Shown: positions 1-10,688, numbered from the stretch's first letter. The stretch is 64,000 bases of DNA from an uncultured Haloferula sp. (GCA_965652295.1 CBFGTS010000002.1:64001-128000), one strand, 5' to 3'. Made by a program: numbers and translations. Notes: a model not told the origin generated them from the letters alone.

Positions 1-713
1 TGGGATCGGGATTCCTGACAGCCGGAGAACTCACGGTTTTCGCGGCAGCAAGCCTGACGAATGCCTTGGACGAGGTGGGGGAACGATACGAGGCGGAGTC
101 CGGGGATGAGATCCGGTTCAACTTCGCAGGTTCCAACCAACTCGCGCGACAGATCGAGGCGGGGGCGCCGGCGGATGTGTTCGTTTCCGCGGACGAGATC
201 CAGATGGATGCACTGGAAGCGAAGGGGCGGATCGTGAAGGCAACCCGGTGCGACCTGTTGGGGAATTCGCTGGTGGTGATCGTGGCTCCCGGAGGGCCGA
301 AGATTTCGCGGCTTGAGGATCTGGCTGGCGCGGGGGTGCGACGACTTTCGCTGGGGCATCCGGAGGCGGTGCCGGCCGGGGTTTACGCGAAGGCTCATCT
401 GGAAAAAACGGGGCTTTGGAAATCGGTGACGGCCAAGGTGGTTCCCGCCGAGAACGTACGCGCGGCGCTGGCTTTCGTGGAATCGGGCAATGCCGAGGCG
501 GGGATCGTTTACAAGACGGATGCGGCGACCTCCGGCAAGGTCGAGGTGGTATGGGAAATCCCCACTGAGGAAGGACCGAGGATCCTCTATCCCGTGGCGC
601 GGGTGGCCGATAGTCGACACGCCGCTGCGGCGGGCCGGTTTTTGACCTATCTGCGGGGGGACGTGGCGGCAGGGATCTTCATGAGGCACGGGTTCACCGT
701 GCTGGAGAAATGA
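1..713 (+). CDS. modA: Molybdate ABC transporter substrate-binding protein (5' end outside window)
   Basis: Frame is open from position 3 (…ELTVFAAASLTNAL…). Motifs FAGSNQLARQI, GAPADVFVSAD, VPAGVYA and GIVYKTDA. Overlaps modB (ATGA). Confidence 0.93.
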   Translation, partial: GSGFLTAGELTVFAAASLTNALDEVGERYEAESGDEIRFNFAGSNQLARQIEAGAPADVFVSADEIQMDALEAKGRIVKATRCDLLGNSLVVIVAPGGPKISRLEDLAGAGVRRLSLGHPEAVPAGVYAKAHLEKTGLWKSVTAKVVPAENVRAALAFVESGNAEAGIVYKTDAATSGKVEVVWEIPTEEGPRILYPVARVADSRHAAAAGRFLTYLRGDVAAGIFMRHGFTVLEK

Positions 714-1372
714 GCGCGGAAGATTGGCGGCTGGTGGGCTTTTCCGCGGCCATGGCGCTGTTGGCCACCTTGCTGGTGCTGCCGTCGGGCGTGGCGATCG
801 CCTGGCTGCTGGCAAAGCGCCGCTGGCCGGGCAAGGCGCTGGTTGAGACCCTGGTTTCGCTGCCACTGGTGCTACCGCCGGTAGTCACCGGGTTGGTGCT
901 GCTGAAGCTTTTCGGACGCCGCGGCCCGCTGGGCGGGTGGCTGTGGGAGACCTTCGGCTACGAGGTCGTGTTCACTTGGAAAGCGGTGGTTCTGGCGTTG
1001 GCGGTGATGTCGATGCCGCTGCTGGTCCGCGCGGCGAGGGCGGGGATGGAGGCGGTGGATGAGACCATGGAGCAACAAGCCCGGACACTGGGAGCCGGGG
1101 AGTGGCGGGTGTTCTTCAAAATCACGCTGCCGCTGGCCTGGCGTGGCATTCTCGCCGGGTTGCTGCTTTCCTTCGCGCGGGCCTTGGGAGAGTTCGGAGC
1201 GACGGTGATGGTGGCTGGAAACATCCCGGGGGAGACGACCACCCTTTCGGTGGCGATCTACCACCTCGTGCAGTTGGGCAAGGACGCGCAGGCTTGGAAA
1301 TTCGCGGCGCTCGCGGCGGGCATCGCGTTCGTCTCGGTGGCGCTGAGCGAGTGGCTGTCGCGGCGGAGGTAG
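710..1372 (+). CDS. modB: Molybdate ABC transporter permease
   Basis: LPLVLPPVVTG, FARALGEFGAT and GNIPGETTTL motifs; hydrophobic; follows modA. Confidence 0.95.
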   Translation: MSAEDWRLVGFSAAMALLATLLVLPSGVAIAWLLAKRRWPGKALVETLVSLPLVLPPVVTGLVLLKLFGRRGPLGGWLWETFGYEVVFTWKAVVLALAVMSMPLLVRAARAGMEAVDETMEQQARTLGAGEWRVFFKITLPLAWRGILAGLLLSFARALGEFGATVMVAGNIPGETTTLSVAIYHLVQLGKDAQAWKFAALAAGIAFVSVALSEWLSRRR

Positions 1373-1383
1373 GGGAACGCCTC

Positions 1384-2838
1384 CTACGGCGCGAGCGTCG
1401 CATCGAGCCGGATGAAGCCTTGGTCGCCGGACCATGGCAGCAAGGCATGAGCGTAGCCGTCTGCGGCAAGCGGCGGACGCGGGGAAAGCGGAGTGAAGGC
1501 GTCGAGTGTGAGCGACGTTTGGGCGTCGACGACGACTTTCGTGGTCGAGGGCAGGCGGAGCGGATAGCTGAGCTCAAGCCCGGCAGCCGTGAGGCCGGTG
1601 GTGACGAAACCGGAGTCCGCGTAGGTGGGATCGAGACCCAGTCCGAATTCGACTCCGGCGGGGATGCCGTCGCTATCGCTGTCGTCGATTTCTCCGAGTC
1701 CGGTGAGGCCGAAGCCGGTCATCCAGGTGGAGAAGGTCATGTCGATCTGCGCCGCGGACTTCTTCAGCGCGCCGCCGAGCATTTCCGTGGCGGTGAGCAG
1801 CGGAATCTCATCGCCGTAGGTGGTGTTGAAAGCGTGGACGATGGCGTTGGCGATCACCACCTGCGCGTTGGTGTTCGGATGGAAGTTCGCGCTGAACTCG
1901 CCGTTGAGCCAGACGTAGTTGAGATTCCCGGTGGTGCTGCCGTCGTTGATGAAGGGAATTCCGTGGATCGTGAGCGGGGTGGCACCGTTGAGGAGCCGCA
2001 GCGTGGGGGCGAACACATCGGCGAATCCGAGTCCGCGGGAATCGGCGAGCGCCTTCAGACGCTGGTTGAGATCGCGCACGACCTCGGTCACGCGGCGGGT
2101 CTTCACCGGATCGGTCGGGTATTTTCCACGGATCTCCGGCGTGATCCCTATGTGAGGGACGGCGACAATGACGATCGGGAGGTCCGGATTCCAGGTTTGG
2201 ACCTGGTTGATGACCACGGTGGAATCGGCCACGAAGCCAGCGACGAAAGCCTCGATCTCTTCGGGTGTGAGGCTGGAGTTGTAGATGCCGCCGTAAACAC
2301 CGCGAAGATCATTGCCGCCAACGAAGTAGGTCAGGCGCTCGGCTTGGTTTTCGATCTGTGACTGCAAGTCGGTGACCGAGAAATCGCTGTCGCTGATGCC
2401 GGCAAGCACCAAGGCGTCTCCGATGGAAAAGCCCGGGCCATCCGCATCCTCGGCCACGATCTCGGTGAAGGTTTTACTGCCAGTGACGAAGTCGTGGATC
2501 TGCTTGGCGGTCGCTCCCGGGATGGCCCAGTTGAACTCGTGGCGGAAAAGATACTCCTTACCGAGCAGGGCAAAGTTGTCCCGGGCACCGATGTCGAACC
2601 ATTCGTGGCGGTAAGCGGGATTGTTCAGCGTCTCAACCCAGTTTCGAACGGTGGCATCAAAGCCGTCGCCGTAGGTCTCGAAGCGAAGGGTGGACGGATT
2701 GAAAATCGTGACCTGAAACCCGAATTCCGCCTCGTAGGCGAAGGTCAACGAATCGCCGAGAGTGACGATCTGCTCCGCCGCGCGGGCGGGTGCCAACATG
2801 GGCAGGGCGAGTCCGGCGGCAAGGAGAGCGCGGGTCAT
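1384..2838 (-). CDS. Secreted SGNH/GDSL-family hydrolase with C-terminal DSDSDG-type domain
   Basis: Signal peptide, LGDSLT (block I), GGND (block III), FHPN (block V), C-terminal DSDSDGIPAGVEFGLGLDP…FIRL. Confidence 0.8.
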   Translation of the reverse strand: MTRALLAAGLALPMLAPARAAEQIVTLGDSLTFAYEAEFGFQVTIFNPSTLRFETYGDGFDATVRNWVETLNNPAYRHEWFDIGARDNFALLGKEYLFRHEFNWAIPGATAKQIHDFVTGSKTFTEIVAEDADGPGFSIGDALVLAGISDSDFSVTDLQSQIENQAERLTYFVGGNDLRGVYGGIYNSSLTPEEIEAFVAGFVADSTVVINQVQTWNPDLPIVIVAVPHIGITPEIRGKYPTDPVKTRRVTEVVRDLNQRLKALADSRGLGFADVFAPTLRLLNGATPLTIHGIPFINDGSTTGNLNYVWLNGEFSANFHPNTNAQVVIANAIVHAFNTTYGDEIPLLTATEMLGGALKKSAAQIDMTFSTWMTGFGLTGLGEIDDSDSDGIPAGVEFGLGLDPTYADSGFVTTGLTAAGLELSYPLRLPSTTKVVVDAQTSLTLDAFTPLSPRPPLAADGYAHALLPWSGDQGFIRLDATLAP

Positions 2839-2887
2839 GGGCGGAGCCTACGCAGGGTCAGCGGCGGGGAAAGGGGTTTTGATGTTT

Positions 2888-5215
2888 TCAGGGATCTAAA
2901 CGGACCAGCGGAACCAGTCTCGCCGGACCCAGCAGACCGGCGTCGGTGCCATCGGGCAGGGCGGAAACCTCGACCTCCAGACGATGGCGGCCGGGAGGAA
3001 GTTCGGGTAGCCCGACGAGCGCGGGATGACCGAAGACGGCGGCAATCTCGGTGCCATCGATCGAAATGCGCGCGACGTGGGCCAAGCTGCCGAGATCGAG
3101 CAACCAGGATTCCGGACTTTCGGGGAGATCAAACTCCAGTGCGTAAACCACGGGCCCCGAGCCGGACGCCAAAGCCGGGTCGGCCAGCGTGCGCCAGGAT
3201 CCGAGCAGAGGAAGTTCGATCACGTCGCCGCCGGAAAAACCTGCTTCCCAGGAGCCACGGAGATCGAGGCCTTCGGACGGATCAGGCCAGGCGGCGACAT
3301 CCGCGGGAGCCTCGCGAAACGTCCGGACGAGGCGGGATTCGTGAGGTGCGAGATGGAGATGCACGGTCAGGCTTCCGTGGTCCGAGGAACCGGCGAGGCC
3401 GATCCTTTCCGGCACGGCGGGATCGAACATCACGGCGGCGGCCGCCGGGCGGCTGAGCTCGAAAGTGGCGTCGATCGCTTCGCCGGTGGGATTGATGATC
3501 CAGTAGTGGTGGCCTTCCGCGTGGTGCCTGCGGACACCACGCAGGCCGAACCGGGCGAAGGCCTCACCCTTGATGTCGAGGGTGGCGGCGAGCTTCAGCG
3601 GGTCGTCGGCCTCCGCGACGCGTCGGATATCCTCGAGTGCCTGGACCAACGTGCCGCGGCGGATATCGGGCGAGGGGAAACCTGGGACATCCGTCGGCCA
3701 ATCGCCGAGGATTCCCACCTTTCCGCTGCGGCGGGAAAGATCGCGCAGCACGGCCGCAGTGGTCTCCGGCAAACGTCGTACTTCGGGCAGGATGACGGCT
3801 TGGTAGGTGAGGCCACCGAGGATGATCTCGCCATTCGCGGCGGTGGCGGTGGCGAGCAACTTGTCGCTCACGATGTCGCACTCAATCCCCGCCTTTTCGA
3901 AGGCCCGCAACGCGTGGCCGAAACCGCTGGAGGCAATCCAGTCGAGCCGCTCGTCGGGATCGTCCGGCAGCCCGCCGCGGCTGGCCAGAAAATCGTGGTA
4001 AGGGAAATAGAGCAGCACGTCGGGATCCGGCGCACCGGATTGGAGGATGGTCTGAATCCGCGTGATCCACGCCGTCAACGCCGGCACTCCGGGCTGGAGT
4101 GCCTCGTGGACGGGGCCAAGCACAATCTGGTTCGCCCCCCTGATCCACAGGGCCTCGCATTTCCGCCGGATGTCATCGGGCGTGGCGGCGAGGCCTCCGG
4201 AGACGATTCCGCTGACCAGCGGCTTGAGCGCGAAATGGGCGGCGGAGGCGGCGAAGGGAGGGTCATCGGGCGAGAGCACCGCGGGGATGTCGGCCACGGC
4301 GTGGAGATCGACGGGGTGCCCGGGGTTTCCCCTCAACACCGAGCGGCTGAGCGAGCCCTCGCCGCGGGTCCGCTCGTGCCAGGCGCTCAGCGCGTTCAGG
4401 TGGAGGTCCCCGAGAGTTTCGCGGTAGTCGCTGGTGACGCGCAAAGCGGTGCCGGCATCGCCTTCTCCGAACAGGGCAGGCAACTCTTCGCGAAGGTCGT
4501 AGCCGCGCAGTCGCTGGAAGGTTTCGTGGAACTCGGGCGTCCAGTCACCCGAGGTGGTGGCACTGCGTTCGAACACCTTTGCCCGTGCCTCCGGCAGCCC
4601 TTCCTCCTCCAGCGGCTTTTCGTGAAAATCCAGCCACAGGGCCATCGAGTAGTCGGAGAAGGGGTCGAGCTCCTTGTCCGCCTTATGCATCGCGAGACCG
4701 AAGATCCGCCATGTTCCGGGCGGGGAGTCCCAGACCAGCGTGCCGTCCTTTTGCACCATCCGGGCGAGGTCGGTGGGCGGGCCTTGCAGCGGCCATGCGC
4801 CGATGGTGTCGATCTCCGGCGAGGGGAGCTGGAGTTGCAGCTCCGCGCCGCCGGTGACGGCGTGTTGGAAAGGTTCCAGAGTGCGGGCGCGGAGTTCGTC
4901 GAGAATCGTGTCCGGGCGCGGGAAGTCGTTGAGGCGCAGGTCGAAGCCCAACCCGGCGAAATCGGCCTCAGCGGCGATTTCACGGGCTTGGAGCGTCCAG
5001 AGGTCGGTTTTCTCATGCCACGCCGGAAAAACCACGCCGCCAAAGCCATCCGCAGCGAGCCTCCGGAGGTCCGGCAGTTTTCCCGCGGCGAGGGCGACGG
5101 CATCGAGCTGTTGCCACGGACGTGCCTCCGCCGGGGCCTCCGGCCAGTCCGCAGGCGCGGCCACGGCGGAAGAAAGCACGGCCATCAGGCCAAGCCCCGC
5201 TTGCATCCTCCGCAT
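2888..5215 (-). CDS. Glycoside hydrolase family 106 (alpha-L-rhamnosidase)-like protein, divergent
   Basis: Signal peptide, then EARPW, WTPEFHETFQRLRGYDLREELPALF, DYRETLGDL, DVLLYFP and C-terminal LDLG…GLLGP, matching GH106 architecture. Start codon uncertain (5206, 5215 or 5230). Confidence 0.65.
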   Translation of the reverse strand: MRRMQAGLGLMAVLSSAVAAPADWPEAPAEARPWQQLDAVALAAGKLPDLRRLAADGFGGVVFPAWHEKTDLWTLQAREIAAEADFAGLGFDLRLNDFPRPDTILDELRARTLEPFQHAVTGGAELQLQLPSPEIDTIGAWPLQGPPTDLARMVQKDGTLVWDSPPGTWRIFGLAMHKADKELDPFSDYSMALWLDFHEKPLEEEGLPEARAKVFERSATTSGDWTPEFHETFQRLRGYDLREELPALFGEGDAGTALRVTSDYRETLGDLHLNALSAWHERTRGEGSLSRSVLRGNPGHPVDLHAVADIPAVLSPDDPPFAASAAHFALKPLVSGIVSGGLAATPDDIRRKCEALWIRGANQIVLGPVHEALQPGVPALTAWITRIQTILQSGAPDPDVLLYFPYHDFLASRGGLPDDPDERLDWIASSGFGHALRAFEKAGIECDIVSDKLLATATAANGEIILGGLTYQAVILPEVRRLPETTAAVLRDLSRRSGKVGILGDWPTDVPGFPSPDIRRGTLVQALEDIRRVAEADDPLKLAATLDIKGEAFARFGLRGVRRHHAEGHHYWIINPTGEAIDATFELSRPAAAAVMFDPAVPERIGLAGSSDHGSLTVHLHLAPHESRLVRTFREAPADVAAWPDPSEGLDLRGSWEAGFSGGDVIELPLLGSWRTLADPALASGSGPVVYALEFDLPESPESWLLDLGSLAHVARISIDGTEIAAVFGHPALVGLPELPPGRHRLEVEVSALPDGTDAGLLGPARLVPLVRLDP

Positions 5216-5325
5216 CCCGCACGCCATCATCCGCGCCCACGACCTAAGCCACCCGCACCCGCCCGGCAAGCCGTCCCGGGACTTCCCCCTTGCCGGGTGC
5301 TTAGGAAAGCTTAAGCATCCGCCGC

Positions 5326-7305
5326 ATGAGTCACGACCCCGATCAACACGTCTCGCTGGGCGAGATGTATTCGGACTACTTTTTGGACTACGCATCGTAC
5401 GTGATTCTCGAGCGGGCGGTTCCCCACCTCCTTGATGGTCTAAAACCCGTCCAGCGCCGGATTCTTCACTCGATGAAGGAATTGGACGACGGCCGCTACA
5501 ACAAGGTCGCCAATCTCATCGGCAACACGATGAAATACCACCCGCACGGTGACGCGGCGATCGGCGATGCGACGGTGAACATGGGCCAGAAGGATCTGCT
5601 CATCGACACCCAGGGAAACTGGGGCAACACGCTCACCGGTGACGGTGCGGCGGCCCCGCGCTACATCGAGGCACGGCTCACGAAATTCGCGCTGGACGTC
5701 ATTTTTAATCCCAAGACAACCCGCTGGACGCCGAGCTACGATGGCCGGAACAGGGAGCCGGTCACGCTGCCATCGAAGTTCCCCGTGTTGCTCGTCCAGG
5801 GCGTCGAGGGCATTGCCGTGGGCCTCGCCTGCAAGATGCTGCCCCACAATTTCCTGGAAGTGGCTGATGCCTGCGTGGCGGCGCTGCGGAATCAGGAGTT
5901 CGAGCTGCTGCCGGATTTCCCGACCGGCGGCATCATGGACGCCAGCGACTACCGCGACGGCTTGCGTGGTGGAAAGGTGCGCGTCCGGGCGCGGATCGAA
6001 GTCGAGAAAAAGAACCTACTGCGGATCACGGAGATCCCCTTCGGCACGACCACCGGGGCCTTGATGGAGTCGATCGTCAACGCCGGCGAAAAGGGCAAGA
6101 TCAAGGTTTCAAAGATCGAGGACAACACCGCCGCCCACGCCGATATCCTCGTCCACCTGCCGTCCGGCGTGGAGGCGGAAACGACCCGCGATGCTCTGTT
6201 CGCCTTCACCGACTGCGAGCTGAGCATCTCGCCGAATGCCTGCGTGATCGTCGAGGGCAAGCCGGTGTTCATGGCCATTTCCGAGATCCTCCGACGCAGC
6301 GCCGCACAAACGCGCGAGCTGCTGGGCGTCGAGTTGGAGATCAAGCTCGGCGAACTCAACGAGAAGTGGCATTTCAGCTCGCTGGAGAAGATTTTCATCG
6401 AAAACCGCATCTACCGCGACATCGAGGAGTGCGAGACTTGGGAAGCGGTGCTGAAGGCGATCGATGATGGCCTGAAGCCGTTCAGGAAGCTGCTCAAGCG
6501 CGAGGTCACCGAAGACGACCTGGTGCGGCTGACGGAGATCAAGATCAAGCGCATCTCGAAGTTCGACAGCTTCAAGGCCGACGAGGAAATCCGCTCTCTG
6601 GAGGACGCCATCGCCGAGACGGAGAAAAACCTGCGCAATCTGACGAAGTTCACGATCCGGTGGTTCGAGGACATCAAGAAAAAGCACGGTGCCGGGCGCG
6701 AGCGGAAGACGGAGATCTCGTCGTTCGAGCGGGTCGACCGCACCCAGGTGATCCTGGCGACCGAGACGCTCTACCTGGATGAGAAGAACGGTTTCGCCGG
6801 GTACGGGCTGAAAAAAGAGAAGCCGCTGGAGAGATGCTCGACGCTCGACGACATCATCATTTTCACCGCCGACGGCACGATGAAGGTCACCAAGGTGGCG
6901 GACAAGGTCTTCGTCGGCCAGCGGCCGTTGCGGGTCGCGGTGTACCGGAAGGACGAGGATCTCATTTACTCCATGATCTACCGCGATGGCCGCGACGGGC
7001 CCTTGATGGCGAAGCGGTTCCGGGTGGGTGGCACGACCCGCGACAAGGAATACGATCTGACCGGCGGCAAGAAGGGCAGCCGGGTGTTCTACTTCGCGGT
7101 CCACAAGAGCGAGGAGGAGAGCGCGGATCAGTTGCTGATCGTCCATCTCAAGCCGGCGCTGCGTCTGCGCAACGTTTCGCGTCCATTCAACTTCGGCGAA
7201 ATCGGGGTCAAAAGCCGGGGGAGCCGCGGCAACATCGTCACCAAACTCAACGCCGACCGCGTGGTCCGGGCGCCGAAGGACTTCGATCCCGAGGTGGGGG
7301 CGTGA
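5326..7305 (+). CDS. parC: DNA topoisomerase IV subunit A (short ParC type)
   Basis: DGLKPVQRRIL, KYHPHGDAAI and AAAPRYIEARL (catalytic Tyr). Short C-terminal domain; no GyrA box seen. Confidence 0.85.
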   Translation: MSHDPDQHVSLGEMYSDYFLDYASYVILERAVPHLLDGLKPVQRRILHSMKELDDGRYNKVANLIGNTMKYHPHGDAAIGDATVNMGQKDLLIDTQGNWGNTLTGDGAAAPRYIEARLTKFALDVIFNPKTTRWTPSYDGRNREPVTLPSKFPVLLVQGVEGIAVGLACKMLPHNFLEVADACVAALRNQEFELLPDFPTGGIMDASDYRDGLRGGKVRVRARIEVEKKNLLRITEIPFGTTTGALMESIVNAGEKGKIKVSKIEDNTAAHADILVHLPSGVEAETTRDALFAFTDCELSISPNACVIVEGKPVFMAISEILRRSAAQTRELLGVELEIKLGELNEKWHFSSLEKIFIENRIYRDIEECETWEAVLKAIDDGLKPFRKLLKREVTEDDLVRLTEIKIKRISKFDSFKADEEIRSLEDAIAETEKNLRNLTKFTIRWFEDIKKKHGAGRERKTEISSFERVDRTQVILATETLYLDEKNGFAGYGLKKEKPLERCSTLDDIIIFTADGTMKVTKVADKVFVGQRPLRVAVYRKDEDLIYSMIYRDGRDGPLMAKRFRVGGTTRDKEYDLTGGKKGSRVFYFAVHKSEEESADQLLIVHLKPALRLRNVSRPFNFGEIGVKSRGSRGNIVTKLNADRVVRAPKDFDPEVGA

Positions 7306-7395
7306 GCTTGAATCGCCGCAGTCTGAAATCTTCTACGCGGGAGCCATGACAGCTTCTTGCTTTGCACGAACGGCGTCCCTCGCGAGGCTGTTAGC

Positions 7396-8805
7396 ATGAA
7401 GCTCAAGTTCTGTGGCGCGGCGGGCACAACGACGGGATCCCAGCACCTGCTGGAGGTGAACGGAAAGAAGATCCTGCTCGATTGCGGGCTCTATCAAGGG
7501 CGGCGGAGCGACGCTTATGAGATCAATTGCTGCTTTCCACACTTCGAGCCCCAGGAGATCGATATGGTGGTGCTTTCCCACGCCCACATCGACCACAGCG
7601 GCAACCTCCCCAACCTCAGCCGCAGGGGCTTCACGGGAAACATCTACGCCACCTTCGCCACCCGCGATCTGTGCACGATCATGTTGGCGGACAGCGCACA
7701 CATCCAAGAGCAGGACGTCGAGTGGCTCAACAAACACCGCCTGCGCGACCGGCTTCCGCCCGCGGAGCCGCTGTATCGCAAAGCCGATGCCGAGCGCTGC
7801 CTGCGGCAGTTCGTGACGGTCGGTTACGAGCGACCGATGCCGATCGCCGACGGCGTGACGCTGACCTTTCTCGACGCGGGCCACATCCTCGGCGCGGCCC
7901 AGGTGCTGCTGGAGGTCTCCGACCACGAGGACGGTGGGAAACGGAAGCGCTTTCTTTTTTCAGGCGACATCGGGCGCGGGGAGAATGAGATTCTCAACCA
8001 TCCCGTGGCGGTGGAGAACGTCGATTTCCTCCTGATTGAATCGACCTATGGCGGCCGCGAGCACGATCTGCCGCCGACCGGGGCCGACGAGGCCGTGGCG
8101 GAAGTTCTGGAGCGCTCCCTCCAACGCGGCGGCAAGGTGATGATCCCGGCCTTCGCCGTCGAGAGGACGCAGCAGGTGCTCTACGTGCTCAACCGGTTGT
8201 TTCACAGCGGACGGCTGCCACGCGTGCCGGTTTACGTTGATAGCCCGCTGGCAGTGGGGGCCACGGAGATCTTCCGCCTGCACCCGGAGTGCTTCAACGA
8301 GGAGGTGTATGAGTTCCTGTTCGAGGATGGGATCGATCCCTTTATCTTCGAGGGCCTGCATCTGGTGCGCGCGGTGAACGAGTCGAAAAAACTCAATCAG
8401 CTGAAGGGCCCACGCATCATCATCGCGGCCTCCGGCATGTGTGAGGCCGGCCGGATCCGCCATCACTTGAAAAACGGCATCGGCGACTCGAAGAACACCG
8501 TGTTTTTCGTCGGTTTCTGTGCGGAGAACACCTTGGGACGTTTCATCCGCGATGGCCGGCACGAGGTGAACATTTTCGGGAAACGACACCGGGTCCATGC
8601 GGCGGTCGAGGCGATCGACTCTTTTTCCGGTCATGCCGATCATTCAGAGCTGATGGAGTATTTCCGCGCGATGAGCGGAAAAAAGGCCAAGGTCTGGTTG
8701 GTTCACGGCGAGGAAGAGAAATCGACGGCTCTCCGGGATGCGCTGAGGAAAGAGCACGCCGGAGACGTGGAAGTGGCCGTGCTGGGAGAAACGGTGGAAT
8801 TTTGA
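7396..8805 (+). CDS. MBL-fold beta-CASP metallo-hydrolase (RNA-processing exonuclease family)
   Basis: LSHAHIDHSG, AGHILG, FSGDIG, ESTYG and FSGHAD motifs. Confidence 0.9.
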   Translation: MKLKFCGAAGTTTGSQHLLEVNGKKILLDCGLYQGRRSDAYEINCCFPHFEPQEIDMVVLSHAHIDHSGNLPNLSRRGFTGNIYATFATRDLCTIMLADSAHIQEQDVEWLNKHRLRDRLPPAEPLYRKADAERCLRQFVTVGYERPMPIADGVTLTFLDAGHILGAAQVLLEVSDHEDGGKRKRFLFSGDIGRGENEILNHPVAVENVDFLLIESTYGGREHDLPPTGADEAVAEVLERSLQRGGKVMIPAFAVERTQQVLYVLNRLFHSGRLPRVPVYVDSPLAVGATEIFRLHPECFNEEVYEFLFEDGIDPFIFEGLHLVRAVNESKKLNQLKGPRIIIAASGMCEAGRIRHHLKNGIGDSKNTVFFVGFCAENTLGRFIRDGRHEVNIFGKRHRVHAAVEAIDSFSGHADHSELMEYFRAMSGKKAKVWLVHGEEEKSTALRDALRKEHAGDVEVAVLGETVEF

Positions 8806-8841
8806 GAGAGGGGGCGCGCTTCCATCCATCACTTGCCCGGC

Positions 8842-9948
8842 ATGGGGGAGACTGCTACGACCCGGGGCGTGGCAGTGCAAAGCGACGTCAGGGCAGTCCT
8901 TCAATACGTGCCGCAGTTCCGTGGCCGGATCTTCGTGGTGCTCATCGAGGCCGGACTGCTGCCGGAGCCCGCGGTGGCGGAAACCCTTCTCGACCTGGCC
9001 GCGCTTGAGGATGTCGGCGTGAAGCTGGTGCTCGGGGTGCTCGGGGGCGACGTGGCCGATCTCTACGACTGGACCCTGGAGTGCGAAATCATGGCAGCCC
9101 GCTGCCCGAAGAAACTGGGAGAGCCCGGCGCGGTGGAGGAAGCCAAGGCCATTCTCGGCCGCGGGCAGACGGTGATCGTCGATGCCTCTTCCCAGGATCC
9201 GCTCGACGAGAAAGTTGTGGATTTCACCCTCGGCATCGGTGCCCTGAAGCTGATCGCACTGCTGGAGCAGGCGATCCTGATCGATGGCGAACCCGTCCCA
9301 GCGGTCCGCGCGGCGGACGCGGTGGAGCTTTCCGGGCGGTCAAACGTCACCGGTGGTGGCTTGCTCAAGGCGGCGGCCGCGGCCTGTAAGCGGGGAGTGC
9401 CGCGGGTCCACGTGCTCAACGGCCGCCGCCAGGGCGTGCTGGTGGACGAGCTTTTCTCGAACGAAGGCGTCGGGACGATGATCCACGCCGACGCCTACCG
9501 CGAAATCCGGCCGCTGCGGGAGGAAGACATCCCGGAGCTGCTCGGCATGATCGGTCGCTCGGTGCGGCGCACGAAGCTGGTCCCGCGGAACTACGAGGAC
9601 ATTGCCGGGAAGCTCGACGACTACCGCGTGATGACCATCGACGACAACGTGGTGGGCTGCGTCGCACTCCACGAATACCCGGCCGAAGGTCTCGCGGAGG
9701 TTGCCTGCCTCTATGTGAAAATGTCGCACGAGAGCCGCGGCTACGGGGTGGATCTGGTCAAGCACGCCGAGCACCTGGCGATCAGCCGCGGCGTGCCGCG
9801 GGTCTATGCGCTGACCAACCGCGCGGCGGATTTTTTCGAACACCGCATGGGCTACACACCGGCGGAGAAGAGCGTGCTGCCCGCCTCACGGCGTGAGCAG
9901 CTCAAGGCCAGCGGCCGCGACTCGCAGGTGTTCGTGAAAACCCTCTGA
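8842..9948 (+). CDS. argA: Amino-acid N-acetyltransferase (N-acetylglutamate synthase)
   Basis: N-terminal AAK-like part (YVPQFRGRIFV; GVPRVHVLNG…ELFSNEGVGTM) plus GNAT domain (EVACLYV…RGYG). Confidence 0.85.
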   Translation: MGETATTRGVAVQSDVRAVLQYVPQFRGRIFVVLIEAGLLPEPAVAETLLDLAALEDVGVKLVLGVLGGDVADLYDWTLECEIMAARCPKKLGEPGAVEEAKAILGRGQTVIVDASSQDPLDEKVVDFTLGIGALKLIALLEQAILIDGEPVPAVRAADAVELSGRSNVTGGGLLKAAAAACKRGVPRVHVLNGRRQGVLVDELFSNEGVGTMIHADAYREIRPLREEDIPELLGMIGRSVRRTKLVPRNYEDIAGKLDDYRVMTIDDNVVGCVALHEYPAEGLAEVACLYVKMSHESRGYGVDLVKHAEHLAISRGVPRVYALTNRAADFFEHRMGYTPAEKSVLPASRREQLKASGRDSQVFVKTL

Positions 9949-9958
9949 CGGAGCGCCG

Positions 9959-10669
9959 ATGATGAAATCCTGGATCCTCGAAGGCGGGCCGACTCCCAAT
10001 GACCGCGGCTTCACGCACGGTCTCGGTGTTTTTGAAACCCTGCTCGCCCTTGATGGCGAACTCGTGCGCCCCGAATGGCACTTCGAACGCATGGAGACCG
10101 GCTGCGGGGTGCTGGACATCGTTCCGCCCGATCGCGAGGCGGTCCGTGCCGCACTCCAAGCCGAATTGGGATCAGGCAGGCAGCGGGTCCGGATCGCCCG
10201 TACCGCCGGCTCCGGAGTGCTCAACCAGCTCCGCGGCGAAGATCCGCGGACCGTCCTCACCATCGCTCCATGTCCGGAGCCGCCCTCCTCGCTGCGGGTC
10301 ATCACGGCACCCTGGCCACGAAATGAGGCCAACCCCTTGACCGCGGTGAAGTGCCTCAGCTATGCCGAAAACCTGATGGCTCTGGATGTCGCACGCCACG
10401 CGGGGGCCGATGAGGCGGTGTTTTTCAATACCCAGGGGGAGCTTTGCGAAGGAGCCTGCTCGAACGTTTTCGTGGAGCGCGATGGTGAACTCTTCACGCC
10501 GCCGCTGTCCTCGGGCTGTCTGCCGGGCACCTTCCGCCGCGGGCTCATTGAGAGCGGACAAGCCGTCGAAAAGGTCCTTTCCGTCGAAGATGTGCGGGGT
10601 GCCCAGGCGATCTACCTGAGCTCGGCCACACGAGGACTGGTAAGGGTGGGGGAGTGGATCGGGCTCTGA
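9959..10669 (+). CDS. Aminotransferase class IV (4-amino-4-deoxychorismate lyase-like)
   Basis: DRGFTHGLGVFET, KCLSYAEN, EGACSNVF and GCLPG motifs. Confidence 0.85.
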   Translation: MMKSWILEGGPTPNDRGFTHGLGVFETLLALDGELVRPEWHFERMETGCGVLDIVPPDREAVRAALQAELGSGRQRVRIARTAGSGVLNQLRGEDPRTVLTIAPCPEPPSSLRVITAPWPRNEANPLTAVKCLSYAENLMALDVARHAGADEAVFFNTQGELCEGACSNVFVERDGELFTPPLSSGCLPGTFRRGLIESGQAVEKVLSVEDVRGAQAIYLSSATRGLVRVGEWIGL

Positions 10670-10672
10670 GTG

Positions 10673-10688
10673 AATTACCCGATTAATT
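10673..10688. promoter_or_regulatory. Candidate LacI-family operator upstream of sugar-catabolic operon
   Basis: AT-rich imperfect palindrome AATTACC-CG-ATTAATT with central CG, about 70 bp upstream of 10759. Confidence 0.35.
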
